In this document: in pieces, positions 20,123 through 31,471 of the stretch
Numbering within the stretch: position 1 is the first letter of the stretch
Layout of the letters: each line of letters begins with the position of its first letter
Source: an uncultured Actinomycetota bacterium
GTDB taxonomy: Bacteria > Actinomycetota > Actinomycetes > Mycobacteriales > Nakamurellaceae
Direction of reading: 5' to 3'
Length of the DNA: 64,000 nucleotides
NCBI GenBank assembly: GCA_963696065.1
Contig: CAVOIF010000007.1
Location: 208,707 to 272,706, forward strand
The notes under the pieces: model-generated
Told to the model about the DNA's origin: nothing
Database searches by the model: none
What the model saw: only the letters and a program-made list of their open reading frames with translations
Program-made: the position numbers and the translations under genes

Positions 20123-21064
20123 TCAGACGTCGAAAGCGGCGTCCGCGGTGACGGGTCGGGTGACGGCGGGATCGTCAACAGCAGGGCCGCCGACAGCGGG
20201 ATCTGCAACTGCGGAATCGGCAGCACCCGGGTTCCCGGGGTACGGCGGCGGGGTACCGCCGAACTCCGGGCACACCGACTGATGCGCGCAGTACCGGCAC
20301 ATGCCGCTGGGCCGCGGGGGGAAGTTTCCGGTCTCCAATGCGCTGGTGATCGCCGCCCACAGTGCGACGACGCCGTTCTCGAAGCTGAGCAACTCGGATT
20401 CCGACGGCGCGTACTGCAACGACATGCCGTCGGCCAGGTAGATCAGTTTGAGCTGCGCCGGGACGACGCCACGCAGCCGATAGATCATCAACGCGTAGAA
20501 CTTCAACTGGTACAGCGCCCTGGCCTCGAAATCCGGGTCGGGCGAGAAGCCGGTCTTGTAGTCGACCACCCGGAGTTGGCCGGTCGGCGCAAGGTCGAGT
20601 CGGTCGAGGAAACCCCGCAGCGGAACAGCGTTGGCCACCTCGATCTCCACCGCGAACTCGCAGGCCTCCGGGTCGAAACGCCGTGGATCCTCGAGGGTGA
20701 AGTACGTGCGGACCAGGTCCTGCGCGGACGACAACCAGGCCGCCAGTTCGTCATCGGGCAACAGGCCGTTCAGCTCGGGATACTCCTGCGCCATCCGCTC
20801 CCACGCCGGTCCGATCGCCGCGGCCGTCAGCTCGGGTGTCCGCTCGGCCGCGGGCCTGCCGAACATCTGCTCCAGCACGCTGTGCACCAGGGTGCCCCGC
20901 GCGGCGGGCGCGCTCGGCGGCTCGGGGAGCCGGTCGACGGCCCGGTACCGGTAGAGCAACGGGCAGGTCTTGAAATCACCGGCCCTGGAGGGCGACAGCG
21001 CCAGCGGACGCCGGGTCAGGGGCGCGATCGACTCCGACGGGTCGGCGGCGATCGAAGTGGACAT
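20123..21064 (-). CDS. RecB-family PD-(D/E)XK exonuclease (Rv2119-like)
   Basis: 'LSPSRAGDFKTCPLLYRY', 'LRGFLDRLD', 'VVDYKTG', 'QLKFYAL', C-terminal CxxCx5C; conserved position next to trmI/arc. Confidence 0.92.
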   Translation of the reverse strand: MSTSIAADPSESIAPLTRRPLALSPSRAGDFKTCPLLYRYRAVDRLPEPPSAPAARGTLVHSVLEQMFGRPAAERTPELTAAAIGPAWERMAQEYPELNGLLPDDELAAWLSSAQDLVRTYFTLEDPRRFDPEACEFAVEIEVANAVPLRGFLDRLDLAPTGQLRVVDYKTGFSPDPDFEARALYQLKFYALMIYRLRGVVPAQLKLIYLADGMSLQYAPSESELLSFENGVVALWAAITSALETGNFPPRPSGMCRYCAHQSVCPEFGGTPPPYPGNPGAADSAVADPAVGGPAVDDPAVTRPVTADAAFDV

Positions 21065-21070
21065 ACGTCA

Positions 21071-21092
21071 ACGGTAGGTCACGGGTCCGACA
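21071..21092 (-). promoter_or_regulatory. RecA-NDp-type (PafBC-dependent) promoter of the RecB-like nuclease
   Basis: Minus strand reads TGTCGG-ACCCGTGACC-TACCGT, then 6 nt, then the ATG (leaderless geometry). Confidence 0.82.
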
Positions 21093-21189
21093 GTCACGGC
21101 TGAGACAGGCAGGACGGCGCCCGACGCATTCCTCGCAGGTGAGCGCCGCGGGTGCGGACCAAGGCACGCCGACCTGCCACTACCCTTTG

Positions 21190-22359
21190 ATGGTGAAGTC
21201 CAGTGCGTCCGGTACCGCCGCGCCCCGCCCGCGGGAGTCCCCGCGCGGGTTCGCCATGGGCCGGATCGGCGGTGTGCCGGTCGTGGTGTCGCCGTCCTGG
21301 GTGCTCTCGGTCGCGGTGATCGTGGCGCTCGGCGTGCCGGTCATCTCACAGGTGGTGCCGGGTACCGGTACCGGGCTGGCCATCGCGATGTCGATCATTC
21401 TCGGTGTGCTGCTCGGTGTCAGCGTGCTGGCCCACGAACTCGGGCACTGTTGGGCCGCCCGCGTGCTCGGCATGCAGGTGGTCGGCGTTCGGCTCTACTT
21501 GCTCGGTGGGGTCTCGGAGCTGTCGAAGGCACCCCGATCGCCCCGGGAGGAGGCGATCATCGCCGCCGCCGGACCGGCGGTCTCGGCCGTCATCGCGGGC
21601 GCCTTCTGGATCGCCGTCGCCGCGACCACGCCCGGCACCGTCGGCTGGTTGTTGGTGATGCTGCTCGCGCTGTCCAATCTGGTGGTCGCGGTGTTCAACC
21701 TGCTGCCCGCGTTGCCGTTGGATGGCGGCCGGGTGCTGCGGGCCGGCGTGTGGAGCGCGTTCGGCAACCGGGGCGCCGGCACGACAGCAGCGGTGATCGG
21801 TGGCTACGTCATCGCCGTGGCGCTGGTCGGCTGGGCGGTCCTGATGCTGCTCGATGCCGGGTCCGCCGGGCTGTTGCCCGCCGGGATCGCCGTGGCGATG
21901 GCCTTGTTCGTCGCGGTCGGTGCGGCCGGTGAGGGTCGGCAGCACGGGCGCTCGGCCGGCTGGCCGGCGGATGTGCCCATCGCTTCCATCGCGCGCCCGG
22001 TCGCCCAACTCCCCACCGAGACCCCCGTCGCCCTCGCTCTCGAAGCGGCTGCGGAACGGGACGTGGTGCTGACCGAGGCGGACGGGGTCGCTCGCGGGCT
22101 GCTCGACATTCCGGCCGCCCGGGCGCTGGCCGATCGTGATCCACGCGCACCCGCGTCGCTGGTTTCCCGGCCGTGGCGACCGGAGACGATTGTGCTCACC
22201 GACGACGATCCGTCCGAGATCGCCGAGCGCACCAGGGTCGTCGACGCCGCAGACTTCCTGTTGGTCGACGAGTCGGGCCAGCCGGCCGGCGTGCTGCGAC
22301 GGGAGGACATTGTCGCCGTGTTGAACAGCTCCCGATCCCGAAAATGGTCGCGTCAGTGA
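21190..22359 (+). CDS. Site-2 protease (M50) family membrane metalloprotease with degenerate C-terminal CBS-like region
   Basis: HExxH motif 'AHELGHC', 'AGPAVS', 'NLLPALPLDGGRVL'. Confidence 0.9.
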   Translation: MVKSSASGTAAPRPRESPRGFAMGRIGGVPVVVSPSWVLSVAVIVALGVPVISQVVPGTGTGLAIAMSIILGVLLGVSVLAHELGHCWAARVLGMQVVGVRLYLLGGVSELSKAPRSPREEAIIAAAGPAVSAVIAGAFWIAVAATTPGTVGWLLVMLLALSNLVVAVFNLLPALPLDGGRVLRAGVWSAFGNRGAGTTAAVIGGYVIAVALVGWAVLMLLDAGSAGLLPAGIAVAMALFVAVGAAGEGRQHGRSAGWPADVPIASIARPVAQLPTETPVALALEAAAERDVVLTEADGVARGLLDIPAARALADRDPRAPASLVSRPWRPETIVLTDDDPSEIAERTRVVDAADFLLVDESGQPAGVLRREDIVAVLNSSRSRKWSRQ

Positions 22360-22372
22360 CCCGGCACCGTAG

Positions 22373-23230
<858 letters not shown>

Positions 23231-23430
23231 CCGAAGCGGTCGCGCGACGTTTTCCCGGCATGACAGCCGGGTAACAATCTGACTGCGCCGGAGGTCACAC
23301 CTCCGGGCGGATCCATCCCCGCAGCTCCCCGCGTGCGTCGAAATCGCCTGCTCAGAGCCATGATGGCCGATCTCGGCGGTGGCGACATGATCTCGAACAC
23401 ACGTGCAGTCGAGCGCAAATTCCCCGGCTC

Positions 23431-23452
23431 TGTCGGTTGCCACAGGTAGGCT
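23431..23452 (+). promoter_or_regulatory. RecA-NDp-type promoter upstream of arc
   Basis: TGTCGG-TTGCCACAGG-TAGGCT, exact spacing, 37 nt before the arc start. Confidence 0.75.
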
Positions 23453-23489
23453 TTGAGTTTGCAGGGCTCCGACTCGAGGGGAGGGCAAT

Positions 23490-25274
23490 GTGACCGATTT
23501 CGACTCATCGGACGGTGCCGGACAGGGTTCGGGCTCCGGCCCGGAGGACGGTTACCGCCAGACCCCGGCGCAATTGAGCGCCCAGATTCGCGTGTTGAAC
23601 GACGAGGTGGCGCAGCTCCGGCGCCGGCTTGCGATCGTGCCCAGTGACACCCGCCCCCTGGAACGTCAGCTCACCGAATCCGCCAATCGGATCAACGCGC
23701 TGTCGGAGCGGAACGAAAAACTGGTCGTCACCCTGCGGGATGCCCGCGCCCAGCTGCTGCAGCTCAAGGAAGAGGTCGACCGGCTCGCGCAGCCGCCGAG
23801 CGGCTACGGCGTTTTCCTCTCGTCGGGTCCGGACGGCTCGGTGGAGGTCTTCACCGGTGGTCGTCGGATGCGTCTTGCGGTGTCACCCACGGTCGAGGTG
23901 GACACCCTCAAGCGCGGGCAGCAGGTTCGGTTGAACGAAGCCCTGACGGTGGTCGAAGCGGGCCACTACGACGTCATCGGTGAGGTCTGCTCGCTCCGCG
24001 AGGTGCTCGACGGCGACCGTGCGCTGGTCGTCGGACACGCCGACGAGGAGCGGGTCGTCCACCTGGCAGCCCCCCTGATGGACATCGCTCTGAAGCCGGG
24101 CGATTCCCTGCTGGTGGACAGCAAGGCCGGCTACGCCTACGAGCGGGTGCCGAAGTCCGAGGTCGAAGACCTTGTGCTGGAAGAGGTCCCGGACGTCGAG
24201 TACGGCGACATCGGTGGCCTGATCCGGCAGATCGAGCAGATCCGAGACGCCGTCGAACTCCCGTTCCTGCATGCTGATCTGTTCGCCGAGTACCAGCTGC
24301 GGCCGCCCAAGGGTGTCCTGCTCTACGGACCGCCCGGTTGCGGCAAGACGCTGATCGCCAAGGCGGTGGCCAACTCGCTCGCCAAGCAGGTGGCCCTGTT
24401 GCGCGGCGAGGAGAAGGTCACCAGCTACTTCCTGAACATCAAGGGTCCGGAGCTGCTCAACAAGTACGTCGGCGAGACCGAACGGACGATCCGGCTGATC
24501 TTCCAACGCGCCCGGGAGAAGGCCTCGGACGGCACCCCGGTGATCGTGTTCTTCGACGAGATGGACTCGGTGTTCCGGACCCGTGGGACCGGCGTCTCCT
24601 CCGATGTGGAGACCACGATCGTTCCGCAGCTGCTCAGCGAGATCGACGGCGTGGAGGGTTTGGAGAACGTCATCGTGATCGGCGCCTCCAACCGCGAGGA
24701 CATGATCGATCCGGCGATCCTGCGACCGGGTCGACTCGACGTGAAGATCAAGATCGAACGGCCGGACGCCGAGGCCGCCAGGGACATCTTCACCAAGTAT
24801 CTGATTCCCGAGTTGCCGATCCACCCGGAGGACCTCGCCGAGTTCGGCGGCGACCGTCGGGATTGCATCGCGGCGATGATCCAGCACACCGTCGAGCGGA
24901 TGTACACCGAGACGGACGAGAACCGGTTCCTCGAGGTCACCTACGCGAACGGGGACAAGGAGGTCCTGTACTTCAAGGACTTCAACTCCGGTGCCATGAT
25001 CCAGAACATCGTCGACCGAGCCAAGAAGTCCGCCATCAAGGCGCGGATCGAAACCGGGATCAACGGGCTCCGGGTGTCCCAATTGCTCGAGGCGATCACC
25101 GACGAGTTCGCCGAGAACGAGGATCTGCCCAACACCACGAACCCGGACGACTGGGCGCGGATCTCGGGCAAGAAGGGTGAGCGGATCGTCTACATCCGCA
25201 CGCTGGTGTCGGGCAAGCAGTCAGAGGGCTCGCGGGCCATCGACACGGCGTCCAACACGGGTCAGTACCTGTAA
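23490..25274 (+). CDS. arc: Proteasome-associated AAA+ ATPase (ARC/Mpa)
   Basis: N-terminal coiled coil, 'LAQPPSGYG', Walker A GPPGCGKT, Walker B FFDEMD, C-terminal GQYL motif. Confidence 0.97.
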   Translation: MTDFDSSDGAGQGSGSGPEDGYRQTPAQLSAQIRVLNDEVAQLRRRLAIVPSDTRPLERQLTESANRINALSERNEKLVVTLRDARAQLLQLKEEVDRLAQPPSGYGVFLSSGPDGSVEVFTGGRRMRLAVSPTVEVDTLKRGQQVRLNEALTVVEAGHYDVIGEVCSLREVLDGDRALVVGHADEERVVHLAAPLMDIALKPGDSLLVDSKAGYAYERVPKSEVEDLVLEEVPDVEYGDIGGLIRQIEQIRDAVELPFLHADLFAEYQLRPPKGVLLYGPPGCGKTLIAKAVANSLAKQVALLRGEEKVTSYFLNIKGPELLNKYVGETERTIRLIFQRAREKASDGTPVIVFFDEMDSVFRTRGTGVSSDVETTIVPQLLSEIDGVEGLENVIVIGASNREDMIDPAILRPGRLDVKIKIERPDAEAARDIFTKYLIPELPIHPEDLAEFGGDRRDCIAAMIQHTVERMYTETDENRFLEVTYANGDKEVLYFKDFNSGAMIQNIVDRAKKSAIKARIETGINGLRVSQLLEAITDEFAENEDLPNTTNPDDWARISGKKGERIVYIRTLVSGKQSEGSRAIDTASNTGQYL

Positions 25275-25283
25275 CTTGCCCGG

Positions 25284-26297
25284 GTGAACAGTCCGATGAC
25301 GGACCCTCGGTTTGTCATGCCCACCGTCGGGCCGGTGCGCCGGCGGCGGCGGGCACGATGGGCGCTGGGCACCGCTGTGCTGGGTCGTCCGGCCTACATC
25401 AACACCGGCAGCACCGACGAGCTGCCCCGGCATCGCGACGTCGAGTCGTTCCGCGACAACACCTTTCGCGTGTTGGACGCGGCAACGGCGGCGGGTGTGG
25501 ACTGGATTGACACCGCCCGTTCGTACGGTCGCGCGGAGGAGTTCGTCGGGCAGTGGTGGCGACAACGCGCCGAGGCCGACCCCGACTGGCCGGCGAAGGC
25601 GCCGACCATCTCCAGCAAGTGGGGCTACGAGTACGTCGGCAACTGGGACCCGTCCGCCGCGGTGCACGAGGTGAAGAACCACACGCTCGAACAATTCGAG
25701 CGTCAGCTCGCGTTGACCAGGGCAACCCTGCCGAGGTTCCAGCTCTACCAGGTGCACTCGCTGACGCCGGATTCACCGTTGTTCGGGGACGACGAGCTGT
25801 TGGACGCGTTGGCGGACCTCCGCGACGCCGGTGTGGCAGTGGGCTTCTCGGTGTCCGGACCGGCGCAAGGGGAGACGATCCTGCGCGCGCTGGACGTCGA
25901 CCGCGCGGGCGCCGCGTTGTTCTCGTCGGTCCAGGCGACCTGGAACCTGTTGGAGACCAGTGCCGCGGCCGCGCTGGCCACCGCGTCACGCCGTGAGGTC
26001 ACGGTGATCGTCAAGGAGGCATTGGCGAACGGTCGACTGGTGACCGACCCACCACCGGCATTGCTGGCGGTCGCCGGCCGGCTCGGGGTCGGTCCCGATG
26101 CGGTGGCGTTGGCGGCCGCCGGCCAGCAGCCGTGGGCGGATCGGGTGTTGCTCGGTGCGGCCGGGGTCGGGCAACTCCACGCGAACCTGCTTGCCGACCG
26201 ACTCGATCTGTCCGGCGATGATCTGGCCGAACTGACCGGTTCGGCGGAGCCGGCGGAGGAGTACTGGGCCGCCAGGTCCGCGCTGCCCTGGGCGTGA
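25284..26297 (+). CDS. Aldo/keto reductase
   Basis: 'LGTAVLGRPAYIN', 'WIDTARSYG', 'SSKWGY', 'LYQVHS', 'KEALANG'. Confidence 0.88.
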   Translation: MNSPMTDPRFVMPTVGPVRRRRRARWALGTAVLGRPAYINTGSTDELPRHRDVESFRDNTFRVLDAATAAGVDWIDTARSYGRAEEFVGQWWRQRAEADPDWPAKAPTISSKWGYEYVGNWDPSAAVHEVKNHTLEQFERQLALTRATLPRFQLYQVHSLTPDSPLFGDDELLDALADLRDAGVAVGFSVSGPAQGETILRALDVDRAGAALFSSVQATWNLLETSAAAALATASRREVTVIVKEALANGRLVTDPPPALLAVAGRLGVGPDAVALAAAGQQPWADRVLLGAAGVGQLHANLLADRLDLSGDDLAELTGSAEPAEEYWAARSALPWA

Positions 26298-26304
26298 AGT
26301 GCGA

Positions 26305-27540
26305 TCAGTCGATCGGATCCGTCCCGATGTCCGAACCGTCCATCGCGGTCAGCCCGGCGTCCAGTTCGTCCAGGATCCGGCCGGTCTCCACCACCAGCGC
26401 CCCGAGGAACACCCCGCGAGACAGGTTGGCCGCCAACATGTCGCCGAGGTCGGCGTTGATGGCGGTGATCCGCTCCCTGGCGAGATCGATGGAGCGCCGC
26501 GCGGCGTTGCCGACCACCACGGCCTTGGTGTCCTTCTCGGCGCGCAGCATGGTGTGCGCGAACGCCTCGATGGCATCGCTGGTGGCCGCGAGCATTCCCG
26601 ACGCCATCGGCATCGGCGGTTGTCGACCGGTCCCGCTCGGCAGCTTGGTGGCAATGTCCCGCAGCGTGCGAGCGAGCGTCCGCACCTGGACCTCGACGAT
26701 CTGCAGGGTGTCGTTGGTCTGCTTCAGCCGCTCCAGCGAGCCGGTCCAGGAAGATCGACCCGGATGCATCTGTAACGACTGACTCGCCCGTTCGACATCG
26801 GACTCCGCCACGGTGGCGAATCGCCCGTGGTCACGAGCGGTCCGCAGCCAGCCGGCGGCGTGCTCGATCGGCCAGGGAACACTGATCCCCTCAGCCATCG
26901 ATGCCAGCACGTCGGCGACGCCGTCGGCCAGCGCGGCCACCGACCTGGTCGCGGACGAGACATAATTCGGCGGGATGACGGCGAAGTTGACGACCACCGC
27001 CACCCCGGCGCCGAGCAGCGTGTCCAGCAGCCGGTCGGTCACCTGCCCGCCCCCGCTGCCCAGAGCCAACACGAACAGGCCGTTGATCGGGATCTGCGCC
27101 GCGGCGCCGCCGTTCAGCCGCAAGACCTTTCCAACCAGGAATCCCACCGCCACGATCACCGCGATCGACCAGGCGTGCAGACCGATGATCCCGCCGAGCA
27201 GGATCGCCACCGCGATCCCGATCAGCACCGCGACGATCTTCTCCACCGCGTCCCGGATCGACGCCTGCACCGTCAGCAGGGCGATCAGCGAGGCCGTGAT
27301 CGGCGCCCAGATCGGTGACGGAGAACTGAACCACCAGGAAGCCAGTGCCCAGGAAAGACCGGCCGAGAGGGCGATCTTCAGTGCCTGGACGAGCACCGAA
27401 CGGTCGATGTTGAGCAGCTCGCCGAGCGGTCGATCGCGCCACCGGCGGCTCCCGGTGATGCCTTGCAGCCAGGAGTTCCAGCGGGCGCTCAGGGCGCGCC
27501 GGCCGGGTTCTTCGGCCAAGGTCGGCGGTGCGGGGTCCAT
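26305..27540 (-). CDS. FUSC / aromatic acid exporter family membrane protein
   Basis: 'QALKIALSAGLSWALA', 'PIWAPITASL', 'QIPINGLFVL', followed by a helical cytoplasmic tail. Confidence 0.78.
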   Translation of the reverse strand: MDPAPPTLAEEPGRRALSARWNSWLQGITGSRRWRDRPLGELLNIDRSVLVQALKIALSAGLSWALASWWFSSPSPIWAPITASLIALLTVQASIRDAVEKIVAVLIGIAVAILLGGIIGLHAWSIAVIVAVGFLVGKVLRLNGGAAAQIPINGLFVLALGSGGGQVTDRLLDTLLGAGVAVVVNFAVIPPNYVSSATRSVAALADGVADVLASMAEGISVPWPIEHAAGWLRTARDHGRFATVAESDVERASQSLQMHPGRSSWTGSLERLKQTNDTLQIVEVQVRTLARTLRDIATKLPSGTGRQPPMPMASGMLAATSDAIEAFAHTMLRAEKDTKAVVVGNAARRSIDLARERITAINADLGDMLAANLSRGVFLGALVVETGRILDELDAGLTAMDGSDIGTDPID

Positions 27541-27559
27541 GTAGCTGATCCTGCCGCAC

Positions 27560-27565
27560 TAGATT
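27560..27565 (+). promoter_or_regulatory. -10 hexamer (TAGATT) of probable leaderless dop transcript
   Basis: TANNNT located 6 nt before the dop ATG; no RBS. Confidence 0.6.
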
Positions 27566-27571
27566 CGAATC

Positions 27572-29083
27572 ATGACTGTGCGTCGCATCATGGGTACCGA
27601 AGTCGAGTACGGCATCTCGGTGCCCGGGGAGCCCGGGGTCAACCCGGTGATTTCCTCCACCCAGGTCGTTCTCGCCTACGCCGCATCGGTGGCGGCGCCC
27701 CGGGCCCGACGCCCGAGATGGGACTACGAGGTCGAGTCGCCGCTGCGGGACGCCCGTGGGTACGACCTCTCCGCGCTGTTCGGGGCGGCCGAGCCCGACG
27801 TCGACGACATCGGCGCCGCGAACGTCATCCTGTCCAACGGGGCACGGCTCTACGTCGATCATGCGCACCCGGAGTTCTCCGCGCCCGAGGTCACCAACCC
27901 GCTGGACGGCGTGCTGTACGACAAGGCCGGCGAAAGGGTGATGGAGGCGGCCGCCCGGTTGGCGGCGGCGTTGCCGGCCTCGAAGCCGATCCAGATGTAC
28001 AAGAACAACGTCGACGGCAAGGGCGCGTCCTACGGCACCCACGAGAACTACCTGTGCAGTCGCGACACCCCCTTCCCGGCCATCATCTCCGGATTGACGC
28101 CGTTCTTCGCCTCCCGCCAGGTGTTCTCGGGTGCCGGCCGCGTCGGGATCGGGCCGTCCGGTCAGACCGACGGGTTCCAACTCGGCCAGCGCTCGGACTA
28201 CATCGAGGTGGAGGTCGGCCTGGAGACGACCCTCAAGCGGGGCATCATCAACACCCGCGACGAGCCGCACGCCGACGCCGACAAGCACCGTCGGCTGCAC
28301 GTCATCATCGGCGACGCGAACCTCGCCGAGATCGCCACCTACCTCAAGCTCGGCACCGCGGCCCTGGTGCTGTCGATGATCGAGTCCGGCTGGGCGTTGC
28401 CATCTGTCGAGTTGGCGCATCCGGTCGCCGCGGTGCACCAGATCTCCCACGACCCGACGCTGAAGGTCACCGTGCCGCTCACCGACGGCCGGCGGCTCAC
28501 CGGGCTCGACGTGCAGAAGGCCTACCACGAGGCGGCCGCCAAGTTCGTCGCCGCGGAGTACGGCGATGACGTCGACGAGCAGACCGCCGATGTGCTCGAC
28601 CGGTGGATCAGCGTGCTGGACCGGCTCGGCGGCGATCCGCTCGATCTGGCCGACGAACTCGACTGGCCGGCGAAACTACGTCTGCTGGAGGGTTTCCGCA
28701 GCCGTGACGGGCTCTCCTGGGGCGCGCACCGGCTGGCGCTGGTCGACCTGCAGTACGCCGACGTCCGCAAGGACAAGGGCCTGTACAACCGGCTGGTCTT
28801 CCGTGGCTCGATGAAGACGTTGGTGACGGAGGAGGCCGTGCTGGAAGCGATGACCACGCCGCCGGAGGACACCAGGGCCTACTTCCGAGGCCGGTGCGTG
28901 GCCAAGTACGCGGACCGGTTGGCAGCCGCATCCTGGGACTCGGTGATCTTCGACATCGGCCGCGACTCGTTGGTCAGGATCCCCACCATGGAACCGACCC
29001 GCGGCACCAAGGCCCATGTCGGTGCGCTGTTGGACGCCGCCGACGACGCGACCGAACTGGTGGATGCGCTGACCAGGCAGTAG
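27572..29083 (+). CDS. dop: Pup deamidase/depupylase
   Basis: '[12 protein letters not shown]', '[13 protein letters not shown]', '[12 protein letters not shown]', 'RRLHVIIGD'; upstream of pup. Confidence 0.96.
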   Translation: MTVRRIMGTEVEYGISVPGEPGVNPVISSTQVVLAYAASVAAPRARRPRWDYEVESPLRDARGYDLSALFGAAEPDVDDIGAANVILSNGARLYVDHAHPEFSAPEVTNPLDGVLYDKAGERVMEAAARLAAALPASKPIQMYKNNVDGKGASYGTHENYLCSRDTPFPAIISGLTPFFASRQVFSGAGRVGIGPSGQTDGFQLGQRSDYIEVEVGLETTLKRGIINTRDEPHADADKHRRLHVIIGDANLAEIATYLKLGTAALVLSMIESGWALPSVELAHPVAAVHQISHDPTLKVTVPLTDGRRLTGLDVQKAYHEAAAKFVAAEYGDDVDEQTADVLDRWISVLDRLGGDPLDLADELDWPAKLRLLEGFRSRDGLSWGAHRLALVDLQYADVRKDKGLYNRLVFRGSMKTLVTEEAVLEAMTTPPEDTRAYFRGRCVAKYADRLAAASWDSVIFDIGRDSLVRIPTMEPTRGTKAHVGALLDAADDATELVDALTRQ

Positions 29084-29120
29084 CAATCGGCGGCGGCCAT
29101 CCGGGGTGCTCCGCGTCCGT

Positions 29121-29142
29121 TGTCGGTCCCCGTGGGTAAAGT
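29121..29142 (+). promoter_or_regulatory. RecA-NDp-type promoter upstream of pup-prcB-prcA
   Basis: (T)TGTCGG-TCCCCGTGGG-TAAAGT, exact spacing, in the dop-pup intergenic region. Confidence 0.75.
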
Positions 29143-29176
29143 CGGCAGCAGCGATCCAGAGATCGGAGAAATGAAT

Positions 29177-29374
29177 ATGGCCCAGGAACAGACCACTCGA
29201 CAGGGTGGCGGGGACGGCGACGACGACGCTGCCGATGCCGCCGGTGCTGCCGGTCAGGAGCGGCGGGAGAAGCTGGCCGCCGAGACCGACGACATCCTCG
29301 ACGAGATCGACGACGTGCTGGAATCCAACGCGGAGGACTTCGTTCGGTCCTACGTGCAGAAGGGCGGCCAGTGA
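29177..29374 (+). CDS. pup: Prokaryotic ubiquitin-like protein Pup (Gln-terminated)
   Basis: '[28 protein letters not shown]'. Confidence 0.97.
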   Translation: MAQEQTTRQGGGDGDDDAADAAGAAGQERREKLAAETDDILDEIDDVLESNAEDFVRSYVQKGGQ

Positions 29375-30246
29375 CGTCCGACCGGCAGGCTTCGCCATGG
29401 CCTGCATCGGCGGTTCCGGCCGCGTACCTCCGGCCGGGTAACGGCTCGTTCACCGAGTTCCTGGCCGACGCGGCGCCGCACCTGTTGCCCGGTGTGCGGG
29501 CTCCAGAGGTAGCGGCTGCAGCGTTACCGCATGCCACCACGATCGTCGCCGCGACCTGCGCGGACGGAGTGGTGATGGCCGGCGACCGGCGGGCCACCAT
29601 GGGCAACATCATCGCCCAGCGCGACATCGAGAAGGTCTTCATCGCCGACTCCCACTCGGCCATCGGCATCGCCGGCACCGCCGGGATGGCCGTGGAGATG
29701 GTGCGGCTCTTCCGGCTGGAGCTGGAGCACTACGAGAAGATCGAGGGTGTCCGGCTCTCCCTGGACGGCAAGGCGAACCGGCTCGCCACGATGATCCGCG
29801 GGAACCTGGGGATGGCCATGCAGGGCCTGGCCGTCGTGCCGCTGTTCGCCGGGTTGGAGGACGCGACCGCGTTCGGCGCCGACCTGCAGACGCCGGAGAG
29901 TGTGGTCACCGGACCGGGGCGGATCTTCTCCTACGACATTGCCGGCGGAAAGTACGAGGAGCACGACTACTTCGCCGTCGGATCCGGGTCGATGTTCGCC
30001 CGCTCGGCCCTGAAGAAACGGTACGAGGCCGGCGCGGACCTGGCGACGACGGTGCGCGCAACGATCGAGGCGCTCTACGACGCGGCCGATGACGACAGCG
30101 CCACCGGCGGGCCGGACCTGACCCGGCGGATCTTCCCGGTGGTGGTGTCGGTGACAGCCGCCGGTGCGGTGCGATGGTCCGACGACGAGGTCGGCGTGGT
30201 GACCGAGTCCGTTGTGGCCGGACGGATGCTCAAGCCCGGCGGGTAG
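29371..30246 (+). CDS. prcB: 20S proteasome beta subunit
   Basis: Propeptide, then 'PHA/TTIV...AGDRRAT' (catalytic Thr codon at 29536), 'GSGS', 'DDDSATGG'. Confidence 0.97.
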   Translation: MTSDRQASPWPASAVPAAYLRPGNGSFTEFLADAAPHLLPGVRAPEVAAAALPHATTIVAATCADGVVMAGDRRATMGNIIAQRDIEKVFIADSHSAIGIAGTAGMAVEMVRLFRLELEHYEKIEGVRLSLDGKANRLATMIRGNLGMAMQGLAVVPLFAGLEDATAFGADLQTPESVVTGPGRIFSYDIAGGKYEEHDYFAVGSGSMFARSALKKRYEAGADLATTVRATIEALYDAADDDSATGGPDLTRRIFPVVVSVTAAGAVRWSDDEVGVVTESVVAGRMLKPGG

Positions 30247-30323
30247 CTGCCCGCAGCGTCGACCGAGAACGCCGGAATTGATCGCTTCGTACAGCGACCT
30301 CGTCAGCAAGGAGCCCGTCCACC

Positions 30324-31169
30324 GTGACGATGCCGATCTACGCCTCACCCGAGCAGTTCATGCGGGACCGCTCGGAGTACGCCCGCAAGGGCATCGCCCG
30401 TGGCCGCAGTGTGGTGGTCACGACGTACTCCGGTGGTGTGCTGTTCGTGGCCGAGAACCACTCGCCGACGCTGCACAAGGTCAGCGAGATCTACGACCGG
30501 ATCGGCTTCGCGGCGGTCGGCCGGTACAACGAGTTCGAGAACCTGCGGACGGCGGGTATTCGGCTCGCCGACGTCCGCGGATTCTCCTACGACCGCCGGG
30601 ATGTGACCGGCCGGTGGTTGGCCAACGCCTATGCGCAGACCGTCGGGTCGATCTTCTCCGAGCACCAGAAGCCGTTCGAGGTCGAGCTGTGCGTCGCCGA
30701 GGTCAGCGGAGCGGGAGCAGGGGGCGTCGGCACGGCGGTCGGAGCCGACCAGCTCTACCGGATCTCCTACGACGGTTCGATCGTGGACGAACGACGGTTC
30801 GTGGTGATGGGAGGCGTCACCGAGCCGGTGATCACCGCACTGACCGCGTCGTTCACCCAGGGCTGGGACCTGCCGACGGCACTGCGCGCCGCAGTGGCCG
30901 CCCTCGGGACCACCGGTGAAAATGCGCCGCGGGAGCTGCTGCCGGCGCAACTCGAGGTGGCAGTGCTTGACCGGACCGTCGCCGGCCGGACCTTCCGCCG
31001 GATCGTCGGCAGTACCCTGGCCGCGCTACTGGTCGACCCCGCCGCGCCGGTCGATCCCGAAGCACTGGTTAAGCCCGAGGATGACGCCGGCATCGAGCCC
31101 GGTGCGGACGCTTCCGCCGAGCCGGAGCCGGACGGCGAGCAGCAGCCGCCGGCCGACGGCGACACCTGA
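30324..31169 (+). CDS. prcA: 20S proteasome alpha subunit
   Basis: '[24 protein letters not shown]', 'KVSEIYDRI', 'LEVAVLDR'. Confidence 0.97.
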   Translation: MTMPIYASPEQFMRDRSEYARKGIARGRSVVVTTYSGGVLFVAENHSPTLHKVSEIYDRIGFAAVGRYNEFENLRTAGIRLADVRGFSYDRRDVTGRWLANAYAQTVGSIFSEHQKPFEVELCVAEVSGAGAGGVGTAVGADQLYRISYDGSIVDERRFVVMGGVTEPVITALTASFTQGWDLPTALRAAVAALGTTGENAPRELLPAQLEVAVLDRTVAGRTFRRIVGSTLAALLVDPAAPVDPEALVKPEDDAGIEPGADASAEPEPDGEQQPPADGDT

Positions 31170-31471
31170 GCCGGACCCGAGGTTGCCCTCGAGTGACCCA
31201 GATCACATCACATCAAGCATTCCGAGCGCCTGACGCGGTATCAGCCTCGACCGGGGTCGCTCTTGGTGGGTGTTCGGACAGGCCTGACTGAGGGGTACAG
31301 GTCCTTCCCGAGCGGAATGTGCCGCCCCTAAGCTGCTGGTAGGAGAACACAGGCAGCTCACAACTACCCGTCATGTCCGGGAGGACCCGTGCGCGAGAAC
31401 GATTTCTCGACCGCCCGTGCCGTCCCGGACGTGGCGGGTTGCCCGCTGCCCAGGCACGGGAGGTCTTCACA

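Noticed and set aside
20123-21064. RecB-like nuclease as a CRISPR Cas4
   Set aside because: No cas1/cas2 or repeat-spacer array was seen, and the gene sits in the conserved hisG-trmI-arc synteny with a DNA-damage promoter.
21190-22359. Site-2 protease as part of the ECF/CHAT cascade
   Set aside because: It lies 9 kb away in the conserved trmI neighbourhood, and the candidate anti-sigma has no TM segment for intramembrane cleavage.
23393-23408. LexA/SOS box upstream of arc (TCGAACACACGTGCAG)
   Set aside because: Only the left half matches TCGAAC-N4-GTTCGA; three mismatches in the right half.
31213-31470. Small minus-strand ORF upstream of the ECF sigma as a signalling peptide
   Set aside because: No clear RBS, atypical composition, and it overlaps the probable promoter/5' UTR.
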